A DNA stretch of 64,000 bases. Source: Azolla caroliniana (lineage: Eukaryota; Plantae; Polypodiophyta). This document shows, in pieces, positions 12,363 to 27,300 of the stretch (the first letter of the stretch is position 1; each line of letters opens with the position of its first letter). The stretch lies in assembly GCA_043228905.1 (NCBI GenBank), contig JBHGNT010000021.1:6386001-6450000 (forward strand), given 5' to 3'. The position numbers were made by a program, and so were the translations under genes. Under the pieces are notes generated by a model that saw nothing but the letters and a program-made list of their open reading frames with translations, made no database searches and was not told the origin of the DNA.

Positions 12363-15300
12363 CTATTCAACGCGAGGTTTTCTGAAACAAGAGAAGCAAC
12401 CCATATTCTTCTGGTTTGTGGGAGAAGCTTTATTACTACCAGTACTAGAATTGATCCATAATTTCCTAGGCGAGCTTATCATCGGGCTCTTCACAATGGT
12501 ATCATGATGTTTGCCCAGTAGTAATTGTTGCGAGGCATGGTTATCTGGACTCACGCAGCTTGATCTGTGGCACAACACAACGAAAACTCGGTAAGCAATA
12601 AAGTCTAGATACCAGGGTAGCAAGTAGGTATTATTGTGGGGAATATTTGGAAGTTTCGAGACCTGTCCAACATGTGGGTGGGGGGGTCATGTATGGAGAG
12701 GTTATTGAAGCTTTTGAATCCCTAGTTATTGAAAGTTTAAAAACGTAATGCTCGTAAGTAAACCCTAAACCCTAAACTCTAAACCGGATAACAGATTGAT
12801 GACCCCCAAGAGCTCTTTGTTGGTGGAAAAAAGACAAAGGGGTATTTTGTGGGAATTTTGAAAGAATACGGCATATCCTCTTTTAGTCGGATTTATAAGA
12901 TTTTGTGGAATAAATTAGGGTTATAATTGGGGAGGGGGAATTCATTTTTTGAAAGAAAGTATTGAACGTGTAGGGGTATTTTGGGAATTCTGAAAAATAC
13001 TAGGGGTATTTTGGGTATTCTGAAAATACGAGGGGTATTTCTTGAATTAAGAAAATACGACGAGTATTTTGGGAAGAACAGAGTGAACGTTTTCCCTTCC
13101 TTCCCAGAACAGAGTAACCAAATTTCTGATGAATTATCAGACATTCAATCCTCTGTTCTGTCGAAATTAGGGCGAGAAAGCAAGGAAAAGGAGAAGAAGG
13201 AACAGTCATTTGAGGCGCCTTAATCAGTGAAGAAAAACAGTAAAGACAATATTTAGGGTTTGGGATCCTCACAGTGATTGATCGAGCTCATTGTGCATTA
13301 ATTCTTCAGAAATCTTTGGCAACCCATTCGGCTTGGCGTTATCTTTAAGTATGAGGTGAGTTAATTCATGTTCATCATCATCATCATCACCATTACCATC
13401 ATCACCATGACCATCACCATGACCATCACCATGACCATCACCATGGCCATGGCCATGTCCATCATTATGTGCCATTGTTGGCTTTGCATCTTCATCCAAA
13501 CCACTTGAGCTCAACAATTCCACATAACTCCTGTCACTTGCACTCTTGTTATAAGTCTCCAATTTCTCATGACTTAACACATGAATATTGCTCTCCTTCT
13601 TATGAATTGTCCCTCCAGACTCGCGATCGCGTTGTGAAGTGCCACTGTCGCCGCTCGATTTCATCTGCGATCCCGTGATTTGCACTGAAGACATACACTG
13701 CCCATCACAGCTACCAAAATCTCGGTCAGTACTTACGGATCTCTCGGGAGATGAATTGTATGACATCTCGGAAAGAAAAGATATAGAAGACGAACTGCTC
13801 GCCATGCCCGCACAGTACTGATCTTTCTCTCCGGTGTACTCATTCGTGCTCATTAACTCATCATCATGAATCTTCTCTGAGGATGTGGAAATCCCCTCCT
13901 GATCATTCTTGGAACACTCCGGCATTATCTGTCGAGCATCCGTACCGTCATCTTGTGGCATTGGTATCAAACTCGGATTCCTGTACCCGAAACTTCGGGA
14001 ATCGCAGCTCTGTTTGTGTGATAGCAAATTATGCATTGATTCCTTCCTACTAGATTCAATATGCAAGAGATTTCCGATGAGATCTTCACTGATCGAATGA
14101 GTTTGCATCTCTGGTTTATGGTTAGATGCGATTACATCATCGGTTTCTAATATGTCCCCTTCCGTAATCTCTCTTTGTGGGATCTCTTGTACACTATCAT
14201 TAATGAAAGATGGGCCTAACATAATAAAAGATGAAGAAACATCAAGCAAAACCCCATTAATTAAGAAACCTATATGAAGTGCTAGAATTAATTCACATAG
14301 AAGTTGTGAAGACACATTTTTTCACAAGGATGAAATATCTTTTTTAACCTCCACAGGAGATTGGTTATGATCAATGGGGGAGGGCTGATCCCATGGACAG
14401 AGAATCCACTTTCCCTGCTATTTTTTTTTGAAATTTTCCCATGACATATGGGCAAGCTCCACACTTTCCCTCATGATTCATGTTTGCCTAACAAACTACA
14501 ATATTTAACAGTGAACACTATGATGGAGACTGTGGAATCTCCTACTTGACACCCGAAACCCTAAAATTTGTACATTCTCAATGAAGAATTGAAATCAGAA
14601 CTTACCTCCATCTTTTAATCCACTTCTTTGTTGCTGCTGCTCCTCAGTGGATAATAATGTAGACATTGAATTCGATATAGTCCCTTGTTGGTTCATATCA
14701 TTGTAACCATAAGGACTTCCATTGGAGAACTCCACCTCATCTGCTTTTTTAAAGTTAAGAAAATGAATTCAACCATCTCACCTTGAATATACCTAACATG
14801 TAGAAATAATGTCTTACAATATTAGTATACCAGATAATAAGTGGTGTGCAGATGGACTAGAAGATATTGATTCGATGGGGGAAACATCACTCGATGATGA
14901 TGGCCCTGATTCTTCAGTACTAGTGCTTATGTTGTCCTTCTCGTTATGACCTTTCATCCACAATTTGGACATATTTCCACCATACTTGATCGAAGGATCT
15001 CTATTATTCATGTAGTCAAGATCCATTGATTCAATTGTCCTATGACATTCACTAAATCTCAGCCTTAGGTTAACTGGATATGAATTAACATCATATTGAT
15101 CACGACATGCAATTTCACCTCCGTGATAACTAGCCGATAAGTTGTTAGCCTTATAAGCTTTCATCACTTCGGATAAGTGCCACATCAAAGTTTGGTCACT
15201 TTGACTCCTCATGTGAAGTTGCCTATTAACCAAAGTTAAATCTTGCTGATTCATTTGTTCATTCTCCATATCCATGGCATTATTGGTCATGCATTTGATT

Positions 15301-18300
15301 GAATCAATACCATCACTTTGGTCATGGTCTAGTGGGTGTGAACCTTTGTACAAATCATCCTGATTGTGAGAATTAGTAGGTTCTTGTTTATCAAGGTTCA
15401 TATGAGGTCTATCTGAATCTGCAATTTGGACATATAATTGCCCTTGATCATGGACAGGCACATCATCATGATCAATCATGTCAATATTTGCACATTCTAC
15501 TACAAACTTATTATCAATATCCTTGTCTAATAAATTAATCATTGAAGTGTTTGCATCCACTTCATCTACACGAGAATCTGTGGTTTCTTGATCCAAGATG
15601 ATAACTGGAACTGGGAATGTTTTTTCAGCACCTTCTGACTCTTCGGGGATGATAGTGCCATTGGCGACTTTCTCATCATCACATGGATTATGTGTATTGG
15701 CACAATATATTTCGATCAAATGAGCACATTGCACATCTTCAACATCCTTCGTGAGATTTTCGCACTGGATATCTGGTATTATCGACTGATCTAGTGTCAG
15801 ATAATCCTTATTGATCTGTAAGTTCGACGCATCATTATCACCAATGGAGATTTCGTCCGTGTTTTGATCCTCATTGATCTGTACGTTCGACTCGTCATCA
15901 ATAGAGATTGTGTCCATGTTTTGATCCTTTGTTGAATTGGGATCAACATCGTTAGATATTGGAACATTGTCATCGACGGAGATTTCATCCGTATTTTGAT
16001 CCACATTGATGTTTACGTTCAACTCGTCATCAACAGAGATTGCGTCCATGTTTTCATCCTTTGCTGAATTGGGATCAATATCATTAGATATTGGAACATT
16101 GTCACAAGAACAAATACTTGTGTTGGGGACAATATCCATATTGGGCTCTAGTGATATTGGTAAGGAAGCTTTTCCATTGAATACGTCCGACACATCTTCA
16201 GGAAGAGTTTGAATGAAATGTATGCCTTCAACTATAGGTGCATAGCAAAAATTGTCACCATGACCATCCATATCTATGGAGGGACGATGATGAATCTGAA
16301 TCATATCGTCATAAAACTCATAGATTGGTTCATCAGTTATGTTCTCAACAAATTGGCTCACATATTGAGGTGTTACTTCTCCCTGAAAATCATTGGCATC
16401 ACTAAGGTTGGGTAGAGTTTCATCCTCAACACAAATACTGTCTATTGCCGGATCGGTATGAGCCAAAATTTGATGATTGACAGGTAAACTAGAAATGTGG
16501 TCACAAGAAGACATCTCATTAGAAAACTCCATTATAGGATATGTTGCTGTTCTGAGATGATGGAGATCCATTATATCACCATCATCATCACCATCACCAT
16601 CACCATCACCATCACCATCACCATCACCATCACCATCACCATGGCCATCATTGTGTGTAATCGAAGTTTCTTCCATGGGTTCAGTTAGAAGAAGAATGCA
16701 CGAAGATTGATCGGCATTAGTCTCGCATTCAGCTTGAACAATTTCAGATTCTTGGGTGTGGTCTTCATGAGAATTACCATCTTCTAGTGTGCCAACACCA
16801 ACATTGTCACTAGTAATACTTTCCTCGAAGGATAGGATAGGGATATATTCGTCGGCATTCATGCTTATCGGGATCAACATATGATCTTCTTGTATAAAGG
16901 ATGAACCACCATCATGAGAACTACCAACCATAACCATCTCTTCTTGTTGTGACCTAGAATCCATAACTGGATCTTCTGAGGTATAAGTATCCCTAGATTC
17001 ACCAGCATGATCCACACTTTCTCGTGACGGTGCATTACCACCTATGTTCACATCATCCGGAGCATTCGAACTAGAAGAAAAATCCGGAGCATTCAAACTA
17101 GAAGTAGAAAAATCCGGAGCATTCGAACTGGAAATAGATGAATCCGGAGCATTCGAACTAGAAGTAGACAAATCGGTTTTGGTCTCGGTATCCCCCGACA
17201 TGCTTAATGCTCTGTTCTCCGAATTACCGCTGGGCATTAATGAGTCTGGTGATCATAACAAGTAGAGAGATTCACATAAGTTTGTGCAAAACAAATTCGG
17301 GGAAAGTAATGCTGGAGTGCGATTTTGTTATAGATTGCACAAAAATATCTAACAAAATCGATGCTTTACCCGATTCATGAGATAGCCCCATGGAGCTAGC
17401 ATTCTTGTCCCTAACATGATTGGACCTTTTCTCCGGTAGTCGTTCACGATCCGGTAAATTTGATAACTTTGGCGAGACATTGCCATCTAGTCGTCGGTAA
17501 GAGGATAACCTTATTTGATGATGGTCACCACTATTACTAGTAGAGCTTGCATTACTAGTATCCGGGATCGATTGGGGAGTGCCACTACTAACTTGAGAAG
17601 ACTTGGCATTGAAATTGCTTTGCTTGACATCTCGAAGAGATTTGATGGATGTGGCCTCGAGCGATCGAGAAAAGATGCTTTTGTCTGAGATGGTTCGACT
17701 AAAAGGTTGTATTGTAATACTACTTGGTTTATTTCCATCAACTATGTCCGTGACCGATGCGACACTCGCTCTTGAGGGACTATTACTATTGCTAACTGAG
17801 TTGGCGATGGATTTAATGAGACTAGGGCTCCCCATAGAAGTATTCTTCGAGTTGTTCGTACTTTTTGCGGAATGCCATTCAAAGTCCATAGCATCCAATA
17901 CATCGTCGGTTGTGAACTCGGGTGCCGATTTGTTCTCCATTAGTGGTGCCAAAATCTCCATCAGTTTTAGTATCGTCTCTGCGATCATGTCCACCCCATG
18001 TTTCCTCACAAAGGCCACCATTTGTCGTGTTACCGGAATGCCTACATATTTTCATGACTTTCCAATCATCATAAGAAATAAACAAGCATATTTTATGTAA
18101 TTTCCACATCTAATAAACATGTTTACTAAACATTTTCCTCAGTATATGTGGTGTTTGCTAAACTCTAATTTTCTACTATGATTGTGTTTTGCATGCCAAG
18201 GAGAATAGAGACACATGTGATTTTCACCTTCAATTTCGTTCAATTATATGTATGTGTATTTGTATTTCATACCTATAGTGTCCAAGCCCCCTAGGATTCT

Positions 18301-18692
18301 CAGTACAAGTTCCTTCCTAGCTTGCAACCTTGTTCGAACAGGAGCCTTCATGAACATCTGCAAACAATATATGAATATGTATTGCTTCACATCAGATATT
18401 TGCATTAGTGGTATTGAGTGTTAAATTATACACCACAATCAAGAAAATGTATGTGGCACTAAAAAGCATTCATTGCCAAGTAGTTTACATTGTACAATGT
18501 TAAAGGTTTATGGAACTCATATGTTGCTCTAGTATGGAAATTCATTAATCACCAAAGGACTATTTTATAATTATATACTTAATGAAATGAATGTTTTACT
18601 TGCTCTTCGGGGAATGATGAATCGTAGAGCATATCCATCAAACTCCGAACCTCATGATTTTCTTTGTCTTGCACAAAATTTTGGAGCCCCTC
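12363..18692 (-). CDS. Multi-exon gene of unknown function, at least 1514 aa, mostly acidic Ser/Asp-rich and low-complexity; 5' exons not identified. Exons 18692-18600, 18357-18273, 18041-17370, 17245-14831, 14740-14606, 14215-13273, 12564-12363
   Basis: Six GT-AG introns with mutually consistent phases join the ORFs 17272-18021, 14814-17237, 13269-14315 and 12363-12623 into one open frame of 4545 nt ending MGCFSCFRKPRVE*. Confidence 0.75.
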
Positions 18693-21600
18693 CTGTCACA
18701 AAATCCATTACCACAATTGAGATTAATCTAGGGTTATAAAAAAAGCTTTAATGAAATTGACCATAATCCAAATAATTATGTTAAAAAGAAATGCTTGCAT
18801 TAAAGTCAATCTATGACTCATTATTGCAACAGAATTTGCCAATTGTTTTCTATGAATTAATAAGAATTCATGAGGTCAGAGAAAGTTATAATAAGTACCA
18901 AATTTTCCTTGAAAGCTTGGATAATACTTTGAGACTCCAACAACTTGTTGACATTATTCTCTCTAGACCTTGTATTTGCTGACAAAACCCTTGTAAAGAA
19001 CTCCATGATATATATATCAAACTACATGTAAACTAGGTGGGGGTACCAATGAAAATATTAAACATGTTACTAATGAAATGTGGAATAAATATTATGAATA
19101 TATCGATGAATGATTTCAAAGCCTTATTATAAGTGAATAATTAATCAGTCGACAAACCATGATTTTAAATACAAGAGTTGGTTTTACTCATATACACCAT
19201 GTAATTAGTGAAGGAGACAAGTAAACTACGACTTGACATGCCTAAAACACAAGGGTAGTATTGCTCAGATGAATGCATGTAACAATTGTATTTAATGGAT
19301 TCTATATATCTTGTATATTGAGAGCCATACACTTAATCATTGGTTAAACATCTTCTACACTTGAGAGTTGTTAGCTATAAGAGTGATTATAGTAGTAGAG
19401 TATTTTATTTGCATAATGATCTTAAAGGAAAAGAATGAATTTTATGGGGGCAAGGGAAGGATAGAGGTGACGAGGTGAGAAAGGAGCCACAAATTTATTT
19501 ATTTTCCGAAACAACATGAGATACATAGAAATCATATCATTCAATATAGGACAGAAATCATTTTTATGCAATAATTTGATAAGAGATTGCTTTTGTCTCA
19601 TCATCCCGTCATTGATTTCTATTATTTTTTGTCGACACGTATATGTAATATTTTTCTTACGATGATCAATATAATTCGTGAAGCTTTGGCATGTCACCCA
19701 TCATCCAGCTACTAATTTGACACATCGGAGGATTGAATTGGATGTAAATGACAATATAAAAGAATGAAGAATAGTCTATTAATGTGTGGTTAGCGAAGAA
19801 ACAAAACAATTAGCGTGGTTCTCTTTTTCTTTCATTAAAGAAGGGGGACCCTAGGTGTGTGTATATATATATAGTCATATAATTGGCATTGGCATTTTTA
19901 TTATCAATGCACACTCTTGTCTCTATACCTCATGTTCTTTCCTTTTATTGTCGTGGTTTTATAATGGACCACCATATCCCGACTCCTAACTTCAACCCTT
20001 CAAACCATTTCATTTGTAACATGTATTTAAGAAACTAAAGGGACACTCCATATACTTTGTCGCAGTTCAATCATATCAAAAGGGAATGTAGATTGGTAGA
20101 TACAGAGTGCGTGGCTTCATGTCTTGGACCTCGGTTTCCTCAAACTTCTCATTAACTTCTACTTTTAAGAAATCAAGGGACCAAACTTCAAAAGTGGTCA
20201 AGAACGTGCATGCTTCCCATTGAATGAATGATGGAATTTTGGGGGTGCCTTTTGGTGTATTATGGCCGCCTTTGCAAGCACACATGCAAATGTACAAAAC
20301 TAGTCTTGAAATGTTTTCCATGCCCATGCCCTTGTTCATTTTCGTGTTCATGCTAGAAATTGCAATATTGCATATATAAATTAGGTTAATTGTTGTATTC
20401 CTCTTCCTCTTAAATTGTATTGTGGAATAATTCCTCATCTACAAATTAATTGGCCATGGTTTGGCAAATAACTGTTGACAAATGTGCCACGTATAAAGGA
20501 GGAGCTTACCTATGTATTCCTCTTCCATCTAGTGTCTAGCTATTCCTCTTCTTCATAACCAAGTATGGGTTAGTGTGAATTGCATGACGAACAACCTTTC
20601 ACAAGTCAATTTGAATTACAAGATTGATGAGAACACACAATAATTTTATTCATTGACACATTATAATCCACCACCACATGATCGATGATGTGATATTCCA
20701 CACATATGGACACACATAATTATGATTCATGACTAAATGACTTATCATTACTTTATTCAATTATGGTTAAAATTATCCATGTTACATCCCATGAACACAT
20801 TAAATATGTGATATCCACTTACAATGAACATTGTGTGATAATCTAGTTAATCAATACATTTCATAACAAAATATTGTCATACTAGTAGGCGATGGTGTAC
20901 TATCCTATTTATGATGAAATATGAACAATATGCTTATGGTCGTATGGATATGCATAATATCCACTTATGTTGGACATGGCAATTAGTTTATTAAGTGTAC
21001 TAAGAAAATGGTGCTAGGGCATAATCTTAAAATTCACAAAGGAGTCTTCTAGTATTTGTGTGCATCCACCTTTCATATTGTTGGAGAATGCTCAAAGTAG
21101 TGTAATTTAAACTTATACTTGCATGTGTTGAAATGTTTTACCAAATTAATAAAACAAACTTCATGTGTTTCTCATTTTTAAAGTAATGTTTTATATTACT
21201 AATGAAAACCTAAAAGTGAGGAAAATGACAATGTTATGCCAAAGGATATATGATGAACCTGGAGACAACAAGACAATGACAACCTAAGATAACACTCAAG
21301 GAAGAACTCGTTTGCAATTGGTTAATTGAAGATCATGTGCTCATGTGATATCCATATAGTCTATAATTCTAAAAAGCTTACCCAATTAAAAACTTAGATA
21401 TAATATGTGAACACTGTGGTAATAAGAAGAAATATCTAAAAAGAAAAGAAAAAAATCCAAACCGAAGTCTTGGAAATCATTGTAAGTTGATGATGCATTA
21501 CTCTGTTCACAAAATGTTTACTTTCAAGTGGAAATACTAGAACAAAATGCTTCATTGATTCTAAACGGATTATACATCTACTACATCTTGTTGAGACAAT

Positions 21601-22129
21601 ATGTCTTCATTGAAGATGAATCCCAACAGTTAATACCCAAAGTATGCAACACCATAAGAATAATCTTGCCTCTAATGCAAGTGTTTCTAGTTTATTAATA
21701 GCTCACTTCTGAAAAACAAAATTTAAACTAAGAAAACAATTAAATAAAAAATATTTTGTTACTACAAAATACAAATGTGGATGAACTGATCCGAGGGTAA
21801 ATAATCAAAACAAGATGGCACACCCATAATCATGCATGTGTTTCCAATGTAGTAGTAAGGCCTATATTATATGGGTTCATACATCACATATTCATTCCCA
21901 ACATCAATACATAAGTGAAGACAAGCTTAATGACCAAGCATTGGTTAATGTAAGCATATATAAAAGTACAATAATATACCTATACGTAATGTCGTTAAAT
22001 CATTTCTTGCAAGGAATAAGATTACTTCTTGTCTTCCCTTCGAGTAGTGAAACAATGTTTGTCACAAAAGGATTAGCTCTTTGTTGATTTAATTCAATGG
22101 TGCAATGTAACAAGGGGAGGCTAGAGATT

Positions 22130-24820
22130 TGAACTTCCGCCCTATTATAATCTTGAGTCGCAACATGAACGGAAAGTCCTAATTGTGTCCTTTACTATAA
22201 AAGTGGTCAACATTGCGCGGAGCTTGGGAATATTGGTGGTGCACATTGCACACGATGATTGGGTCGCACAACCTATTTGGAGGCGAGCACTAATTAAGAA
22301 TTGTACAATGGAAATTGAAAATAAGGCAAATGGTATCACCCACTCTCTAAATTTAAATGTTGAACTTCATAATGGCCAAGGAAATTTTAGATTTATGTGT
22401 GTTAAGAACACAAGTTGTCGAGGGTGAATAATTGCCTAATAAGGAGCTTAATATAGCAATCTCATGGTCCTTCCCAACCAATGAGGAATTAACGGTCCAA
22501 TTGCAACAAGTAGAGTCGAAGTTGCAGGTAGCGGAGGAACGACTTCAAATGTACGAACATGTGATTTCGCATGTACCCGACAGGCGGCTATGGGAACAAT
22601 TGCAAGAAAAAAATGATATAATCAAATGTGCCAATAAACAAATAAAAGAAGCAGACACCAAAGTCCAAAGCATTCGAGGCTGACACCGGAAGGCACATCA
22701 TCAGATGGAAGGGTTCTAGACAAAACTTTAGGACACACTTCAAACTAGGCAGGAGGAAATGGATCAATTCAATGGTCAACTTACATGTCTCAAAATCCAT
22801 TTTAATAGGAAACAAAGAATGGCCGATGACCTCCAAGCAACTCTTAACACATAGGAAGAGTTAAATAAGAAGCACATTGCTACATTCGAAGCCGACAAAG
22901 AGGACATGACTCAACGCTACCAACAACTCATCGATAAGTATTAACAGGTGCGAAACACACTCATCATGGCAGAAGCAAAAGTGATGTTGGAGCACGACTC
23001 CGCGGCAAGTCGACAAGAAGAGCTAAAAAATGAAATCAGTGCTTTAAAATATTGACTCAGCATGGGAGAGGAAAAGGTACAGGCCATCTTGAACAGACAC
23101 AAGAAAAAAGTGCATTAGGCCATCACAAAAGCCTCTGGACGACAATTGGAAGTAGTGGTCGGCTCAAGTAGCTGGATTAAAATTATTAAGGGTCGACCAC
23201 GAGAACAGGAAAAAGCAACATCAAGGATTTTTCAAGATGAATGAGGTGAGCATAACCAAAGTAAAAGATGAGTTGGTTGGAGATATATATGTGTTGAGAG
23301 ATCAAGCTCAACTTAGTTTAGTTATTTAGTCAACCATGTAACTTCGTAGTTACTTAGATAGAATCTAGTTAGTAGTGTTGACTATAAACCCTTAAATAGG
23401 ATTTTGTACTTGTACGCAAGTGGGGATACATTCAAGATCCTCCACTACCAAGTATATTGAATATAGGACTTACATCCTTGTACCTATATTCTACTCACAC
23501 ATGTGCACCATTGCATATGAGTTGTATATATACCTCATTGTGGGTATTTTTGATGATGATGATGCTAATTTAATATAGAGTTAATCATCCCCCATCTTGT
23601 GTTGTTAATAAATGTAACTTCCCCTCTCTCTTCCTCTCACACACATATCACTTAATCTTCCGCTTAACTTAATCACATAATTAGGTACTAATTAACCCTT
23701 GTTTAATTACCTAATTCTTAACAATATGAATTAACGACGCACTATAAGGAGGAAATCAACAAGTTGTTGGAAGAATATGACAACCAACAGATTACACACG
23801 CTCTATAACTTGATTCCTATGAAAAGGAACACTGCCAACAAGAGAGGCAACAAGAAGCAATAGAGGTCGAGGATGAGGTAATGGAGCAACGAGGACAGGA
23901 GTTAGAGTCAGACCATGACACAATGGAGTAGGAGTACGGCCAAATTGAACAAATCAACAAGGGAATAGAGTCGGAGAAGTCACGACAAGAAAACTTGGAT
24001 CAAGAGAGAGAGGCAAAGTCGACTCTCCAGGCTGAGCAAACACAACAACTAGAAGATCTGCTAACTCCCAACAACACTAGGATGAGGAAGATGAGGAACC
24101 CAATTTGTTGGACATCTTGATGAGGAGGACGACGAAGGTGAGCTGAAGGAAGAAGACCACAACAATGATAATGACGACCCGAATGATGACCGAGAGGATG
24201 GGGACAATGAAGCAAACGACCATCACTAAGTTTTGGGGTTCGTCCGTGCAAGGCATTGTCCCACGGGCATGCCATGTGCTAGCCGGTCGGCTAACCGAAT
24301 TATACTAGTCAGAGTCGGAGTAGTAATAGACTAGTGTGAAAGGAAGTAGCTGAAATAGTGATTTTTACCAAGTAAGAAAAATAGAATAGAACAGTTAGGG
24401 TAACTGTAGGTTCTTGTTGAATAGACAAATGTATTATCTTGGCAGAATCTCTCGGGTCACCTATAAAAAGGGACTTAGAACATTGTATCAATATCGATCT
24501 GTTTTGGTTATATAAATATTAATATAATTTTGGTAGTTAGAGTTTATGTTGTGTTGTCTGCTTTGTCATTTTCTCTATTTGACAGATTATTATATATAAC
24601 TAACAATCGATCAAGATAGTATAATCAAATAGTATTAATTAAGTATGATGAATTAATGTCTATGTAATAGTCTGAGAAAGCAATTGTCGGAGTCGATGAA
24701 CATTCCATCTTGAATCACAATCTTCTTGATAGAGCGACTTAGGGGTTAAGACATTTGACCCTTTGTGTTGGTCGGTACAAACAACGTTCGGTACAAACAA
24801 CGTTCGGTACAAGCAACAAT
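22130..24820. mobile_element. Highly degenerate retroelement-like remnants; includes a 16-bp tandem repeat x3 at ~24770-24817
   Basis: Broken coiled-coil and acidic ORF fragments (22432-23250, 23740-24200), LTR-like AT-rich stretches, and GTTCGGTACAAACAAC repeats. No diagnostic enzyme motif. Confidence 0.3.
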
Positions 24821-27134
24821 TATTTGTGAATACATTGCCCAGAAAGAGAATTCAAGGTTGTAATGTTTTATATGAGATGAATGTTAGTGCATGGTAATTA
24901 GGTTTTAGAAGTAGAGCCCATTGTATTTGATGGAGTCTATGCTACTTGGAGAAGCTTTGCTTCAACACGAGGCCTATTTTGACAAATGGAACTCTTTCAT
25001 ATTGTGGAATTGGGAAGTCCTCTAAATGGCACTAAAGATGAAAAGGTATGATAAATGAATGGGCTTTTTGAAGTTTCCTTCATTTAGAAAAAACAAACAA
25101 ACATAGTTTCAATTTATCAACAAAAGAAGTTTGTTTACCAAATTTCATATATGGTATTAGGAAAGTGAGGAAATTAGAAGGCAAGTTATGCACCTCAAAA
25201 AAACTAATGAAATTTCCCATGATTTAAGGATTTTATGTAATTGAAATTATGTGAGAAATTTCTCTTTCGTAAGATACAAGACATAAATCCTCTTTGTATG
25301 GGTCACCATGAGCATGAGCAATATAAAATAAGAAACATTGGTTACCTCTACATGTATTAGGATGAACATGTTTTGCATGAGTTGAACTTTGGGAAATTGA
25401 ACGGAGTCACGAACTTTTAGAAACCATTGAACTAACGAACTATTGCACAACCAAGAAATATACCTTCATTTTATGTTTGTTAGTGTATCATTGGTGAGAC
25501 ATCAAATCATGAATAAGAATACTTATGAATTGTTTGTAAACATTTTTTTCTTGATGCTAATTACTTGGGATCCCAATAGATGACAACAAATTCTAGATCC
25601 TAGAAAGTAGATTGACACACTTTTTTTGGGAAGTCTCACAATATCAAGAAGTAAGATGCAAAATTGATGGTTCAAAAGTTCCCATGTAAGATATATGACT
25701 TTTAAGCATTAAGAAACAGTAGTGTGGGAGATCGAGACATCATGCATCAAGGTAAGTGGTGTTGGGTAATGAGATGAATGTTAAGATATAATCTTTAGAA
25801 TTCACATTAACCCTTGAAATTGTTCATGTTAGATTTTGTCGAGGTAGACGCAATATAACCTATGAGTAGAAGATGTCTCTCCTTCGAAAGTGAGAGCCAT
25901 GTCATATTTTAAATCAAGAATAGCCTAAGAGAATATAGATTACCCTAGTAAGAGCGTTTCTTGCCAAAAAGACGTTGAATCCGTAGGTTAAGCGGTGAGT
26001 GATTGACTTGCATGCTATCGCCTTTCGTTACTGAAGTCTAATGTTATGAGTTATTCACATGCTCCCATACTGACATTTCCAAACTAGCTCCCAATTAGTC
26101 CATGGTGTGTTGAAATCTTATTAAAAACCTGCTCCAAAAGTTTAGAATGATCATTGATCACTTGACTCAATAACTGAGATGCCAATTTTGGGAAAAACCA
26201 CTACAGATATTAAGGGTATTCGCAACAAGCAAATCTCCATGAAGTATACTAAAATATCTATGATCAAAACATGTAGAGCTACATATCAATATCATACATA
26301 GAAAAAATTCTGATTGATTATTGAACACCAAGGCATGAACTCAAACGTCCAACTTTCATAAGTTAGAGAGAGAAAACTCCATAAACAACGAGCTAAATCT
26401 AACTCAGTATCAATGTTCACCATTGAATCACAATATTTTGTGAAATTGAGAGTTGTAACCTACCATCAACTATGCATGTTGATGACTAAAGAGATGCATA
26501 GATACGTTGAATTGTTTAGAGCAAATAATTTGATCCTAGTAAATATTATGGAAAAGGGCATGGACAATTACTTAAATGTTAGTTAGAATCTTAGTAATAT
26601 TAAGGATGTGTACACATTACACGTGAAAGGAAAATGTGCTTAATGTTTTGATTAGGCTTAGAACTGGGTTTCAACTTTTATTTCAAACAGTTAACCTTAG
26701 TTTGGTCTTGAAAAACTCAAGTTTAGTCTGAAGTGATAAATAATGAATTTAAATTTCACACTTTGAGTGCTATGGTTTTGGCTTTCATTTTGATCCTTTT
26801 TTGAAGTGTGCATGTCCCAAAACATAACCTCAAGTGCATGTTTAAATGTTGTAGGAACTTTAATGCACTATCCAATGAAAGGTCAAATTTGGATTGTCAA
26901 TAAGACAAAATTATGGTAAGCCATTTTTTGCCATTGAGTATGGATTTTTGAATTTGTGTTCGACGTTTTAATGGTTTAACGGTTGGATTTTTACCTAATG
27001 GTTCGGTTTAAATGGTTTTGGTTTAAGGGTTTCGTGGTTTGGTTTGGTTCAAGTTTCAAAATTTTAAAACGGTTCGATTTCAAATTAGTTCGCTTTTGAC
27101 ACTCTCGAATCGAATCGAACTGTTGCCGGTTGTT

Positions 27135-27300
27135 ACAACTATGGCACAATGTTGTGAATTGCCAACTCGGACCGAATTGACATTTTGAACTGAATAATTT
27201 CGAAACTCTAACCGATGAGGGGTCACATGATAAAAGGCTCCCGAATCGAGAAGCCAACTTGTATATAGAACTTTTGATTTGACCATGTTTTCGATGCCCT
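27135..27300 (-). mobile_element. Copia protease fragment
   Basis: SWLLDSGAFYHVTP..VRVGNS is the copia PR motif WxxDSGA. Confidence 0.65.

Noticed and set aside
12759-12786. Telomere-like AAACCCT repeats
   Set aside because: Only about three degenerate units within an intron; a common interstitial motif.
14350-14414. Possible extra exon of the large unknown gene
   Set aside because: It introduces an in-frame TGA and breaks phase; the flanking exons join in frame without it.
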